Origin: Blepharisma stoltei ATCC 30299
Taxonomy: Eukaryota; Protista; Ciliophora
Length of the DNA: 64,000 nt
Assembly (NCBI GenBank): GCA_965603825.1
Contig: CBFDEM010000028.1
Span: 1-64,000, forward strand
Direction: 5' to 3'
Position 1 is the stretch's first letter. Each line of letters opens with the position of its first letter. Both the position numbers and the translations under genes were made by a program. This document shows, in pieces, positions 13,777 to 25,160 of the stretch. Under the pieces are notes generated by a model, which ran no database searches, was not told the origin of the DNA, and saw only the letters and a list, made by a program, of their open reading frames with translations.

Positions 13777-14391
13777 ATGGAAAGATTACAAGATGAACAG
13801 CTAATAGACTTTTTAACAAGAACAAAAAATAAAAGAAAAAGACTTGTAAAAATAGCAAACAAATACATAAAGAAAAGCCAGCTAAAGCCTGACGATATGA
13901 GTGAACTAAGATCTTCATCTCTCGCTCCAAAAATAAACGAATTCCCAGGGCCATCTCCTAGAGGTTTCAAGAACTACAAAAATTTGATCCAAGAGCAATT
14001 AACCAAAATTTCAACGCCAAATATGAAAGAAAACAGAAATAAAACAATTTCAGTTGATGAATTATTTCAGACTAAGCCATCAAATGCGTCATGAAACCCT
14101 GTAATGCAAAAGATTCTTCAAGATACTTATTTAAATGCTCTTCCAAAGGTCAAGCGTAAAATGTTTGAGTTAAAGCCGTTTGAAAGGAATGATAAAATAA
14201 AAGTTATCAAGCCCATTCTTAGCACCAAGTTGACTCCAACTATTGAGGCTGAATGTCGATCTTTCAGTGCTCAAAGAGAGCTAAGAGAAGGAGATATGCC
14301 ATTGTCAACTCGTTTTACAATAAAAAAGCAATTACTTTTGCCTGTTTTAGCAGTAGCGAAAACAGAAAGATCTAATATGTTTTCGTTTTAA
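13777..14391 (+). CDS. Hypothetical basic protein (204 aa)
   Basis: Two same-frame ORFs joined by TGA at 14092; ends TAA. Confidence 0.6.
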
Positions 14392-14700
14392 CTACTGTAA
14401 CACAAGATATTCTAATTTTCAGAATAAAATTGAAATTAGTTGCTTAATGCTAAAGAATATCCAAAAACCACCCGTAGCAAAATATTTAACTTAAACTATC
14501 ATAGACAAAAAATTTGAAAAATAATTCTTCTTAAATTATTTAAAAGGAAATCATTATTTCGAAAACTTCATCTAGTCTTTCAATTATAGAGGCTATAATT
14601 TTTTATTTTAGCATATCTCCTTCTTATTTATCAACTTAATTACTCCTATACGGTTTAATATGTTAAATAATTCATCACTAATAAGCTGAATAGTTAGAAT

Positions 14701-15000
14701 TTACAGGCCTTCAAGTGCTTGAGCAATATCACCTCTTAATTTTTTGCATTCTAATGCTACTCTTTCCTTATTTCTTTTTATTTGCTCTAAAAGCTTGTCA
14801 ACCAGAATTTCGCTGCGGGAAAGTTCTTGGTTGTCTGATTTTTGAAAAGGACTTTGCGATCTGCTAGATCTATAAAGACTTTGGGTCAAACTTTGATTAC
14901 TTTCTTGCTTTCCTCTTCCTTCTCTTTCCTTTGAAGGTGGAGATGGTTTTCTTGATATTTCCAAATCGATTTCATTGAGTAAACGACTTGAGGCTCTCAT
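14701..15000 (-). CDS. Hypothetical protein with C-terminal coiled coil (99 aa)
   Basis: ATG-TAA ORF flanked by AT-rich DNA. Confidence 0.55.
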   Translation of the reverse strand: MRASSRLLNEIDLEISRKPSPPSKEREGRGKQESNQSLTQSLYRSSRSQSPFQKSDNQELSRSEILVDKLLEQIKRNKERVALECKKLRGDIAQALEGL

Positions 15001-15818
15001 TTTTAATTTGAAATGATTATTATATTTTCAGAGAGAAGTTAAATTATAAGATAAAATATATTAATAATAACTGAGGGTGCTGTGAAATTACACTTGATGA
15101 CGTTAGCTATATAAAAAACCTTCAGTTTAAAAAATCACTGAAAGCTATAATAAGCTATAATCTATTGTATTCAGATATTCCATCCACATTTTTAGTCGAG
15201 ACAAATTCTTCCAGATATTACTTGTAAAATTCATTTTTGCGGTTGAAGTATTAAACAATGCTTATGAATTGTATACATCATAGAAGCTCTAAATATACAT
15301 TTTTCACTATTCAAATTTAATTTGGAACTGATAAATTCTTTCATGGGTTACACTATATTAATAATTACTTATTTCTAGCAAGCCTTCAATCTATTTTTTA
15401 TTTTCAAATTAAATCCTATTTATTCTATTAATCATATCAAGATAATATGAAATTGGTTTGAATGAATTTTTAGTTTTCATTTATCAATAAATATAGTAAT
15501 TGCAAGTAGTAATCCACATATGAAATTGCATTCCGCATGTGACGCTACATATTTGATTCCTCACTTGTGGAGATCATTGTATGAAATTGCAGCTGTAGAT
15601 TATAAGTTTTATGTTGCTAGCAATTTAATTAAAAGCTAAATCAAAAGTCAAATTATATTGCAAATACATTTTTAAGCATTATTTAACAGCGACCCTAATT
15701 AATAGATAAAACTTACCAATATGAAATAAAATTTTGAGCATGCCCCGCCAAAAGATTTGCTATTTGTATAAGAAAAAATTACGTTACTTGCATATTAACG
15801 TTAACTATTATTTTAAAA

Positions 15819-16478
15819 ATGGCTCGACCTCTCGAAGTAGTCCCAGAAATGCCAGACAGCAAGTCATCAGCAGATTCTCCTATTCAAACTCATAGACGGA
15901 TCTCAAGCTCTTCTATGACAAAACAAAAGCCAAGCAAAAAAACTGATCAAGTTGGAAAACAAATTTGGTTTATGGCTCAAGCACACAGAGATTTAGAAAG
16001 AAAATCGCTTATGCTTCAAAGCAGAATTAAAGAGCTTCATATAGGAAATTATATTGATAAGAGATGAAAAGAAATGAATATAGATGTCCCTGAAGAACCA
16101 AAAGAAAAGCCTAAGCATAAAGTTAATAAATCTCAGGGAGACCCAAAATCTAGCTATGCAAAAGCGGTATCTAGTTATGCAACGAATAAAAATAGTAGTA
16201 AAAAACTCAATAAAAGCGAAATCAAAAAGGGCAAGGAAAATGACATAAAAGTCATGCAAGATAGAGCTTTGAAGAATGCTGCAAACAGTTTTTTTAAAGA
16301 AAAAAACTCAAATATTATTGAAAATTCACAAGGGAACAGTGATTTTTATAAAGAAAATTCTGAAAATGTGAAAAGTAAGAAAGAAATGCTGCTAGAAAAA
16401 TATGAAGGCCTAAACTATAAAGCCAGTGAGAAATCGGTTAAAAAGAGAAGCAAATCAGTCTCTTCGGTTCCTTTTTAA
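15819..16478 (+). CDS. Hypothetical Lys/Ser-rich protein (219 aa)
   Basis: Two same-frame ORFs joined by TGA at 16065. Confidence 0.65.
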
Positions 16479-16559
16479 ATTGCTCGCACATTCCAGATAT
16501 AAATAAAATTTCCATTAAATAAAAATGAATGTTAAATTTAATCGGTCATACTTATTATA

Positions 16560-17519
16560 ATGATCTCCAACTCAATCCTATCAAAGCTAAAATCCTCGGT
16601 TTCATCAGATAACGAACTAGAAAGTGGCAGCTACACGCCTCTCCACATGACTCCCAAGCAGCTTTCAAAGCCCCCATCTTCTCGAAGCTCATTTTCTTCC
16701 TCAAACTCAATCGATATTACAAATTCAAACGGCAAGAAATGCTATGTATGCGGCAAAAGTTTCACAATTCGGCGAAAGCACATATGCAAATTCTGCAGCA
16801 ACGCTGTCTGTTCAGACGATTCTCAAAAAACCAGGATGATGGAAGGATTTGACGAGCCACAAAGAATCTGCGACTTGTGTGACCAGGAAGAGACCAAAAA
16901 AGAAATTGACCAAGAAATTGAAGAAGAAATCAAACAAATGAACGCTGCTCTAAAAGTTGAGCGAGAAGCCAACGAAAGGCTAAACAGAGAATATTTCGAT
17001 GTGACAGCATCGGTAAACCAGCTCGAAACCGAAATTCAAGAAGCCAAAAATAAGTACGACACCAAAATTGCTGACTTAAACAAGCAAATCCAAGCTGAAC
17101 AGGAAGAAAAAGCAAGAATTAGAGAAATGATAGAAAAGCACAAAAAAGATATAGAAGAGTCTATAAGGGTGGAAAAAATGATGAGGGAAAAGTGTGTGGA
17201 AACGCAGAAAGAGATTGAGGGGATTGATAAACACATTGAAGGGATGGAGAAAACAAAGGCAGAAGTGGCTGAGAAAAATGAAGTTATAAACGAAAAAATC
17301 AAATCAAGTTTGAATTTGGAGCAGCTGAAAAAGCTGCTGTGCCAGAGATGCGACAAAAGGATAAGTGAAGCATTTCATAGGAGGATCAAAAGCAATGAAT
17401 ATGTTGATGAGCCTTATCCAGGCATTGATGAAGACAGGCTCAGCGTTTTGGACAGTGTCAGAGAAATGAGGCAGTCCCTGCATAGCAATAATGGGAATAA
17501 AGAATGTTTGATAATGTAA
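16560..17519 (+). CDS. FYVE-like Zn finger + coiled coil + CaaX protein
   Basis: CYVCGKSF..RRKHICKFCSNAVC..RICDLC; long heptad region; ends CLIM-stop. Confidence 0.8.
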   Translation: MISNSILSKLKSSVSSDNELESGSYTPLHMTPKQLSKPPSSRSSFSSSNSIDITNSNGKKCYVCGKSFTIRRKHICKFCSNAVCSDDSQKTRMMEGFDEPQRICDLCDQEETKKEIDQEIEEEIKQMNAALKVEREANERLNREYFDVTASVNQLETEIQEAKNKYDTKIADLNKQIQAEQEEKARIREMIEKHKKDIEESIRVEKMMREKCVETQKEIEGIDKHIEGMEKTKAEVAEKNEVINEKIKSSLNLEQLKKLLCQRCDKRISEAFHRRIKSNEYVDEPYPGIDEDRLSVLDSVREMRQSLHSNNGNKECLIM

Positions 17520-17548
17520 CCAGCTTATATAATTCCTATTAAATTTAA

Positions 17549-19862
17549 ATGAAAAGCAAGCTGAAAACTCTTCTTCGAAAAGGCAACATTTTAGCACCAC
17601 CAGATGTCACAAACCTCAAGGAATTCCTTAACAAACTCAGCGAGCAAGTGTCTCCCAGCTCTGTCTCTCATATAGAGGCTTCCTCTGAAGGCCCAGTCCA
17701 TTCCATTATATTAATTGGATTCCATCACAAAAAAGGCAGTATTGTTGAGTATAAATACCCATCAGAAAAAGAAGAAAGTGATTTATTGCCATATCTGGCT
17801 CTTCCAGACTGCATCCACAATGAAAGCGTATTTTCTAATTAGTCAGACTTCTTATATTTTCTAGTTCAAATTGGAGGGAAACTCAAATACTGTGTAAGCT
17901 GTTTCAGGCAAGTCCCTAACGAAAATATAAGTGCTGATATGTCCAGGAACTACGTACAGAAAGCACTAGTAGCCATATCAAATTTACCGTTTTTTGGAAT
18001 AATATCATCGAGAATGCAAGCTACCACCCATGCGTATTTTGAACAGAAAAATTTTGAAAATACTGAAATTATCACTGACATTTATAATTCCTTGACTTCA
18101 GGACTGGAAAGCTGTGGTGTGTCGGATTTATATGTGGGGTTTTCAGCAAGGAAGCTAATTCATATGTTTAAAGAAAAAGTAATGATGCTTTGGAAGCTGG
18201 TCTTACTGGAAGGGAGAATTGTGATATATTCAAAAAAGCCAAGCCAGTTGTCTTCAGCTGTCTTTGCATTGCTTTCATTGTTTCCAGGGCAGTTGTGTTT
18301 TGACGCAGACAGCAAAATTTATGAAAAATATTTAAAAAGCTTGAAAATGTATGGGCTGCCCTTGGAGCTTTTTAATGAAAATTTTGTAGTTCATCCTTAT
18401 TTTTCAATTTTTCAGCTGGATGCCTTGGAAAAGCCTGGGTATTTGATAGGCTGCACAAACCAAATGATAGTTGAGCACCCAAAAACACAAGCCCATGCAG
18501 TTCTTAATATAGAGGAAAACAAACTGGATATTTTATTGCCCAAAAAATCAGCAAAATGCATCAAGCTGAACTCTCATGATAAGACTTTTATGAAAAGCAT
18601 TATCAAGGTAAGGAATAATCAGAAAGTTGATGAGACCTGGAATGAAAATGAGGACTGGTTTGGCTCTGATACATTAGTATGAGCAGGCAGCGATGACTTT
18701 ATCAGATCTGAATTTCATATGTACCTGAAAAATAATCTTGCTAACATAGCATTATTGAGGGAAAAACTTATAGGCGATAGTGACCTCAAAGATATCCCAA
18801 GTCTCCCTGATTTTGATGAACCTTCTGAATGTGAAGCCAATGCCAATATTCTTAAAAAACCAAAAAAGAAATCAAAATACCAGAATCTAGACCCGAGGCT
18901 CAACAAACTGTGGAAATTCAAGAAATATATGAAGAGTTTTAGGATGTCATTCTTGTATAGATGGTCAAGTACGTATAATTTTAACCAGTGAATGAAAAAC
19001 TACCCGTCTTTTCTGGCAAGTCTTTCATCTTTTTCAAGTATTTGCTACTTAGACTATACAGCACGCATTAAGATTTCTTATGAAAATGGGGATGTTTATA
19101 CCGGATCAGTGCTTTCAGGGAAAAAGGAAGATCACGGTATATTAGAAGAATCCAACGGAAACCGCTATGAAGGTCACTGGATTTCAGATCAGGTAATTTT
19201 CTATTAGGAGAAGTGGAATGGGAACTTACACGACTCAAGATAACCAATATGTTTATGATGGAGAATGGCTTGACGATGAAAAGTCTGGAAATGGACGAGA
19301 AATTGACCATGGGGTGCAGTACTCTGGAGGATTTTCTAAAAATTTATATAATGGATATGGAGTATATATCGACCCAGAAGGAAATATGTATGATGGAGAC
19401 TGATTAGGAGGCAAGAAAAGTGGAGTTGGGCATTTTAAAAATTCAATTGGGGATTCTTATAGTGGAGAATTTTGTGAAGGAGAATTTCACGGCCAAGGCC
19501 AGATAACCTTTGCAAATGGAGATGTATATGTAGGCATGTGAAAACTAGGAAAGCAGCATGGGATAGGAGAGTTAATCACAAAAGGTCAGGAAAGTTTTAG
19601 AGGGGAGTTTTATGAAGGAAAATTGCATGGAAGAATTTCAATTACTAAAAAGAATGGATGCAGGGTTGATTGCAACTATTTTGAAGGAGAAATGAATAAA
19701 GGATCAGTTGAGATTTATTATGATGATGGAAGAGTATATCAGGGGTCTGTAGATGAAGAGCTGAAGCCACATGGAAAAGGAGTTATGCACATGCCATCAG
19801 GGATCTTTGTAGCAGCAGACTGGGAGCATGGTGATCGACTGATAAGCAGTAATGATCTATAA
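17549..19862 (+). CDS. AVL9/DENN-family protein fused to C-terminal MORN repeats
   Basis: AVL9 motifs IGFHHKKGSIVEY, LPYLALPD, SCFRQ, QKALV, W(TGA)AGSDDFIR. MORN repeats YxGxWxxDxxxGxG. Introns 17828-17842, probable 18608-18622, and 19193-19208 (16 nt). TGA at 18680, 18989, 19401, 19539. Confidence 0.85.
19193..19208 (+). other. 16-nt non-canonical GT..GG spliceosomal intron
   Basis: GTAATTTTCTATTAGG; a 3n+1 removal is needed to keep the MORN frame, and the 15-nt GT-AG version runs into TAA. Confidence 0.7.
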
Positions 19863-19964
19863 GCTATAGTGCTGCAATAAAATAAATATAATTCAAGCAG
19901 CCTGTCTAAATTTAGCCTTAAGTTTATTATAAACTATTTATCATGATTGGATCGTTCAAGATGC

Positions 19965-21605
19965 TTACAAAAAAATCATAAGCAAAAGAATGCCAATAAT
20001 TGCAATAATTGCTTTGTTTGTAACATTTAACGAAAATGTATCATTTTGCCTTTTTCCAGGGCATGCTCCTCCCTTGACCCCGTTATCACAGTTGCATACG
20101 CCGCGGATGCACTTGCCTCTTCCACTGCAGTTATCAAGACATGGCATTTCTATGCACAAAATATCTGACTCTGGGCATACCAAAAATCCATGAAAACCTG
20201 GCGCTTTTACTGTTCCACCAGTAAAAGGACAAGTTACAGAAACGTTTCTGATATGAATAATGGCAGCATCAGCAGTGCAAGTGATATTATGGCAGATTGC
20301 ATGATGCTCAAGGCTGCCCATAGATTTTGAATAAGTCCCTTCTATGCATCTGCAGCTTTCACACATAGCTTCTCCATATAACTGATTAATATCTTGCATA
20401 CTTGGATTGGTTTCTCTGCAGTTTCCTTTATAAAAGGGCTTAACAACGGGACAATAATCAATATACTCGTCTTTGCCACCTAAACACGGGTTAGAAAAGT
20501 ACTGAAAAGGCTCTGGAAGCATGTCGTGGAATTGGTTCAAATTGCAGTTTCCTTTTCTTAAGTGCCGATAATCGCATTGGGAGAAAGTAGAGTTCAGGCA
20601 AAATTCATTGGGCAAGGGCTTGTTATCAACTATGCATTTTTCTTTTAGGAATTCACAGCCTTTATGAAATCCTCAAATAGGCTTGTTAAGTATTCAATAA
20701 TTTACTTTATATCAGCCTGAATCTTCGAAGACAGCTAAAGAAATATCTGAATACCCAATATCATGAATATCGAAATCTGGGACCATATAATCGTCATTCA
20801 TAATTCTCTTTTCTCAGTGAGACCCTAATGTCCCATTAACTCTAGAAACTTCAAGCCCAATTCCTTCAAGTTCTGAGCAATTAAAATGTTCCTTCGCCTT
20901 TGCTAGCACTTTAGGTGTTTTTAGTTTTGCAACAGTCTTATTCCTCTCAACTCCCCACAATAAGATTTCATCATTTTTGTACTTGCTCCCGTCCGGCTTA
21001 ATTCACAAATCCATAAGATTGGCACTGAAAGCCAGAATATGGGACATTTCATGGATTACAGTCGAAAGGGCATCTTCAAAGGTTTCATTTTTAAGTCCTA
21101 CAGTCTCCAAATGTAACTGGCTAGCTAATGGGTAACCTAATCCCTTCTCCACAAGGCAGGTGATTGCCCAGCCGGCAAGTCCAGTGTCATTATCACCTGC
21201 TGTTAAATAAATCACAACGTCAGCATTAACACCAACTGTTGCATGCTCTCGAGGAATTTTGAATCCTCCACAGTCTCTACCTGAAAATCCTGGAAAAGTA
21301 AGGCGGCCAATTACTGGATTTATTAAAAGGACTTTTCGAAACCACTTGATGGCCCCATCAACTACATAAGTTTTGATGAATTTTTGGGCTGCCAAAGGGA
21401 CTTTTAGTTCTCCATAGTGGACGTATATTCTTATAGGCTCAAAGTCGCTTTCTCTATCAAGCAGCAGTCTGTTATTTTCATCAAATTTCCTTGAAAATGC
21501 TGGCATGACTTTGCTGGGCGTTGCTCTGTGCTCATCTGCATGACATTCTCCGCTGAAAACAAAAGGAAGGTTCAGCAGGATGGAAAGTAAAAGTCCAGTA
21601 AGCAT
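19965..21605 (-). CDS. Leishmanolysin/GP63-family M8 metalloprotease, probably GPI-anchored (546 aa)
   Basis: Signal peptide, HEMSH zinc motif, GSHW(TGA)EKR, EDSGW(TGA)Y, Cys-rich and EGF-like tail, hydrophobic C-terminus; 5 TGA=Trp (21003, 20814, 20712, 20694, 20673). Confidence 0.92.
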
Positions 21606-22064
21606 AAATGAAATTTTAATCGTTGGTACTGGAATAAGCTGAAAAATTTAGTGTTAAATAAAGTCTACTCTCTTTAATTCTATGTGGTATTAAGATAATT
21701 GAAATAATTAGTATTATTTTATTGTCATTGTTGATACAGCGCAGGAATATTGCAAAGTTGGCTTTTTAAGAAATAAAGAAAATGATATAGAATTTAATAA
21801 TTCAAAGCTTTCGTAATGGATAAAAGGACCATTGCACACACTTTATAAGAGAGCGAAATTTTTGGATAGCTTATGCAAAGTTTATATAAAAATCACAAAA
21901 TAATAAAAGTACTTACTGAATTTACTTTATTAAATCATTCTTTTTAAAAGAAGATTTAAAAAAATAAGAGATTTTACTAATTATATACTTTCTAATGATT
22001 TCCTTGCTAATGGAGATGGGGACTTCTGATTTTATTCCTATAAAGCCTACACTCATAGCTTCTC

Positions 22065-22391
22065 TTAAGTCTGAGTCTGCTCTGTTGAGTTCTTTACTAG
22101 TTTTTGACTTCTTGCAGAGGTAGGTCATTCGCTTGTGGGCTCTTTCGCTCAATGCATCTCTGCTCGTTTCAAACTCCTCAAACGATTAAATAAATCTGGT
22201 CGGTCTTTTATAGCATTTCATATTTTTTTAGATGCGGTGTAAAAAGGATTGAATATCATTTCACGAAGCTGCTCAGAGTTGAAAGGTCTTTCTCTTTTTC
22301 TGTATTCGTCTAGGCATGTATTTTTGGTATTGAAATTCAAATGATTTGACAAATGTGTTTCAATCATCATCAGCCGTTTGTTTTCCGACAT
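22065..22391 (-). CDS. Hypothetical small basic protein (~108 aa)
   Basis: ATG at 22391 follows an AT-rich leader and is open to TAA at 22065 with 3 TGA=Trp; no recognised domain. Confidence 0.4.
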
Positions 22392-22527
22392 TTTTATTAT
22401 TAATTTTATCGAAGACTATATTTCTGGTAAGGATTAACGAAAAATAAATTATCAATAGTAGAAATTATGAAAGCAAGTTTTTTCTTGAAGCGCATTTTTA
22501 TGTAAATTTTATATATTAAAAGTTAAA

Positions 22528-25101
22528 TTATAAATACGACAATGAATTCAAAATATTTGATGCAGAAATTGCTTCTTCTCCTGGTAATTGAGAGATTCTT
22601 TCCATCGCATCACCTAGCGACCGCTTCTCCTCCTCTCCAAGATTCGATAGCATGTTTTCTTTTATGGCGTCTTCAAGCCAATCAACGCCAATTCCCTCTA
22701 AAAATCCTGAGTTCAAAATCATGCCAAGCCTGCTCAATATTTTTTTGCATAAATTTAAAGACATTTTTGATAAACAAGCTCCTGTCTTGTGCATCAATCT
22801 GAGCAGATAAATATCATCTCCAGTGTTTAGGACTTTTAAATAGGCCTCTTCAATCTTTCCAAGGCTGAGATCATTCAGAACATCGATTCATACTTTGCTT
22901 AGAGGGTCAATGTCATTTTGTTTTTGGAGGGTAGTTTGGGATACTTTTGGGGTGATTTTAAGGCTTTCTTCTTCAATCGGCTTTTGAGGTTTTTGGCTAA
23001 TAGGATTTGTTTGGACTTGGATATTGTTTTGGATTTTTGGAGGAGGTTTGCTAAAAGTATCACTTTGAGAATAGTTGTCTTGTTTAAGCGGCGGATGAAC
23101 AAAGCTTCGCCTTATATCTTCACTTTGTTCTTCTTCTTGTTCTTCTAGCTGCTTTATATTGGATACATTTTCGAGCCTGTTATAGGCTTCGTCCATTCGT
23201 TGATCTAATTGGTATAGACGCTGCTCAATAGCATTGAAGCCTTTATCCATTGTTTTTTGCATAGCTAAGAAAGTGCTCTTTATGTTTTCCGTAAAAGCTG
23301 TTAAGTCAGGCTGAGGCTTTGGCCTCACAATAACATCAGATCTTTGAAAAGTTTGCTTTATCGGAATATTGTCACTTTGATAGGCACTTTGTATTTGCAT
23401 CACTGGCTCAGGCTGAGATACAGGTCGGCTTATAACTATATCTTGGCGATTTCTTTGCCTTAGCATTTCTTGATCTTGGATATTTCTTTTATTTGTAAAT
23501 GCAGTTTTTGGTCCTTCTGAAAAATCTGTCCTATTGTTTGCCTGCTCAAATTTAAAAGAAGGAGATTGGTATCGATCTTCCACTGTCGGCTCATCCTCCT
23601 TTTCCACTTCCTCTATAATTGGCTCTTTCAGATTTGATTTTGGCAACGCTTCAACTGAGCTCCTTTGTATTACTTCCATTACATGCTTATTGATTCCTTC
23701 TCTCGGTACAATATTTGGCACTATATCAATATTTCTTTTATTGACTACGGGAGCTGGCTTTTTTGGCTGCTCATTTTCAACTTCAATATAATTCCCGCTT
23801 CCCTTTTCCAAGAATTTCGACTTAGATATTCCTCACTCTTGATTTGCCTTTTGTATATTCCCTTGCATTTGTTTATTCCTTTTTGCTAATTCCCTAATTG
23901 CTTTGAAATTATTTGGGCCTACCCTTTCAGGACTTTTCTCATAATTTTTAAAATCTCTTACCCCAGTTCTAAACTTTACAATTTCTTCTGCAGGAATCGG
24001 GTCTTGGATCATTTTCCTTTCTTCTATTTCTCTTTGGATCTCTTCCAGTGACTTCCAATCATTATAAGCCTGTCTAGCCGCATTTTGTACAGCTGCCAGC
24101 TTATCTGTTTTTACATCTTGCAAAGTAAGCAAGACTTCGCTATGAAAAGGCTCTAGCACCAAATCAGCTAAATTTTGTAAATGCTTGGCTAAGCAAGAAA
24201 ACAGCTTGCAAGCTTCAATTTTATATAGGTGGGCTTGCGGGCCTATATATTGAAGATATTGCAAGCTTTTTTTAATGACTCCTAAAAGAGATGGTAGCAG
24301 AGGGTCAATCCCACAAAAATCAATTAAAGCTCCTAGTGCGCTAATCAAGTCAGGGAACTCAGCTCTCAGCTTGCAATATAACGAGAGCACCCTAGGATAA
24401 ATCGAATTCGCTACTTCATTTTCATCTTGGCTTATCAAATACTCCACCCACTTAAAAACAGAAAGCGCGGCAGCCTGCTGTGATTTAGTGTTTATGCCTG
24501 AAGTCATTGCAATCTCCAAAGGATCATAAATAACGCCTAAAATCACATCTATGCTATTCTTTGGCACCAAATTTTCGTATACTTCACAAAGCGCTGATGC
24601 AGCAGCTTCATGAACTGGCCTATTTAAATCATTGAAAAAATCTGCAATCATTTCGACCATTCTTGTAACTGTTTTTAGGCCATCTTCTTCAATTCTGTCT
24701 CTAAAAGCATTGGCAACCCAGCCAATCAGCAGCACTTCTTGTTCCCTCGCAATGGGCGACTTTACTTTTTTGATTTCTCCTAGAGAGCCAAGAAAAACCT
24801 TTAAAGCTTCATTGGACACATTTCTTTCAATTATCTGCCGGGCTTCTTTTACCCCAACGTTCCTTGTTTCAAGTGAATTCAGCTTATTTAGAGAGGACTG
24901 AAAACGGTGCCGAAGTTCATGCTGGAGATCTTGGTTGGAATGAACATGGTTGAATTTCATTTTTTTGTAAATTGCGCTTTTGGCTTCTAGACGGGCTTTT
25001 ATGTCTGCTAGCTGTTCTTCTCTACTGGCTGGGTTGTAGATTGGGAAATCTTTTTGGAAAGCAGATTCTATGCCTGGAATTGGGGAGAAACGATCTGACA
25101 T
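22528..25101 (-). CDS. TORTIFOLIA1/SPIRAL2-like microtubule-associated protein (857 aa)
   Basis: Three same-frame ORFs joined by TGA at 23833 and 22888. N-terminal HEAT/TOG-like region ELRHRFQSSLNKL; central coiled coil; C-terminal W..V....G.IEEAYLKVLNTGDDIYLLRLMHKTG typical of the SPR2 C-domain. Confidence 0.78.
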
Positions 25102-25160
25102 TTAAATTCTATTAGTTTCATATATACAGAATGATTGAAAATAGATTTTAACTAGATATA

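Noticed and set aside
15094-15144. Possible box C/D snoRNA (TGATGA..CTGA)
   Set aside because: Only ~50 nt, and the guide next to box D is nearly all A.
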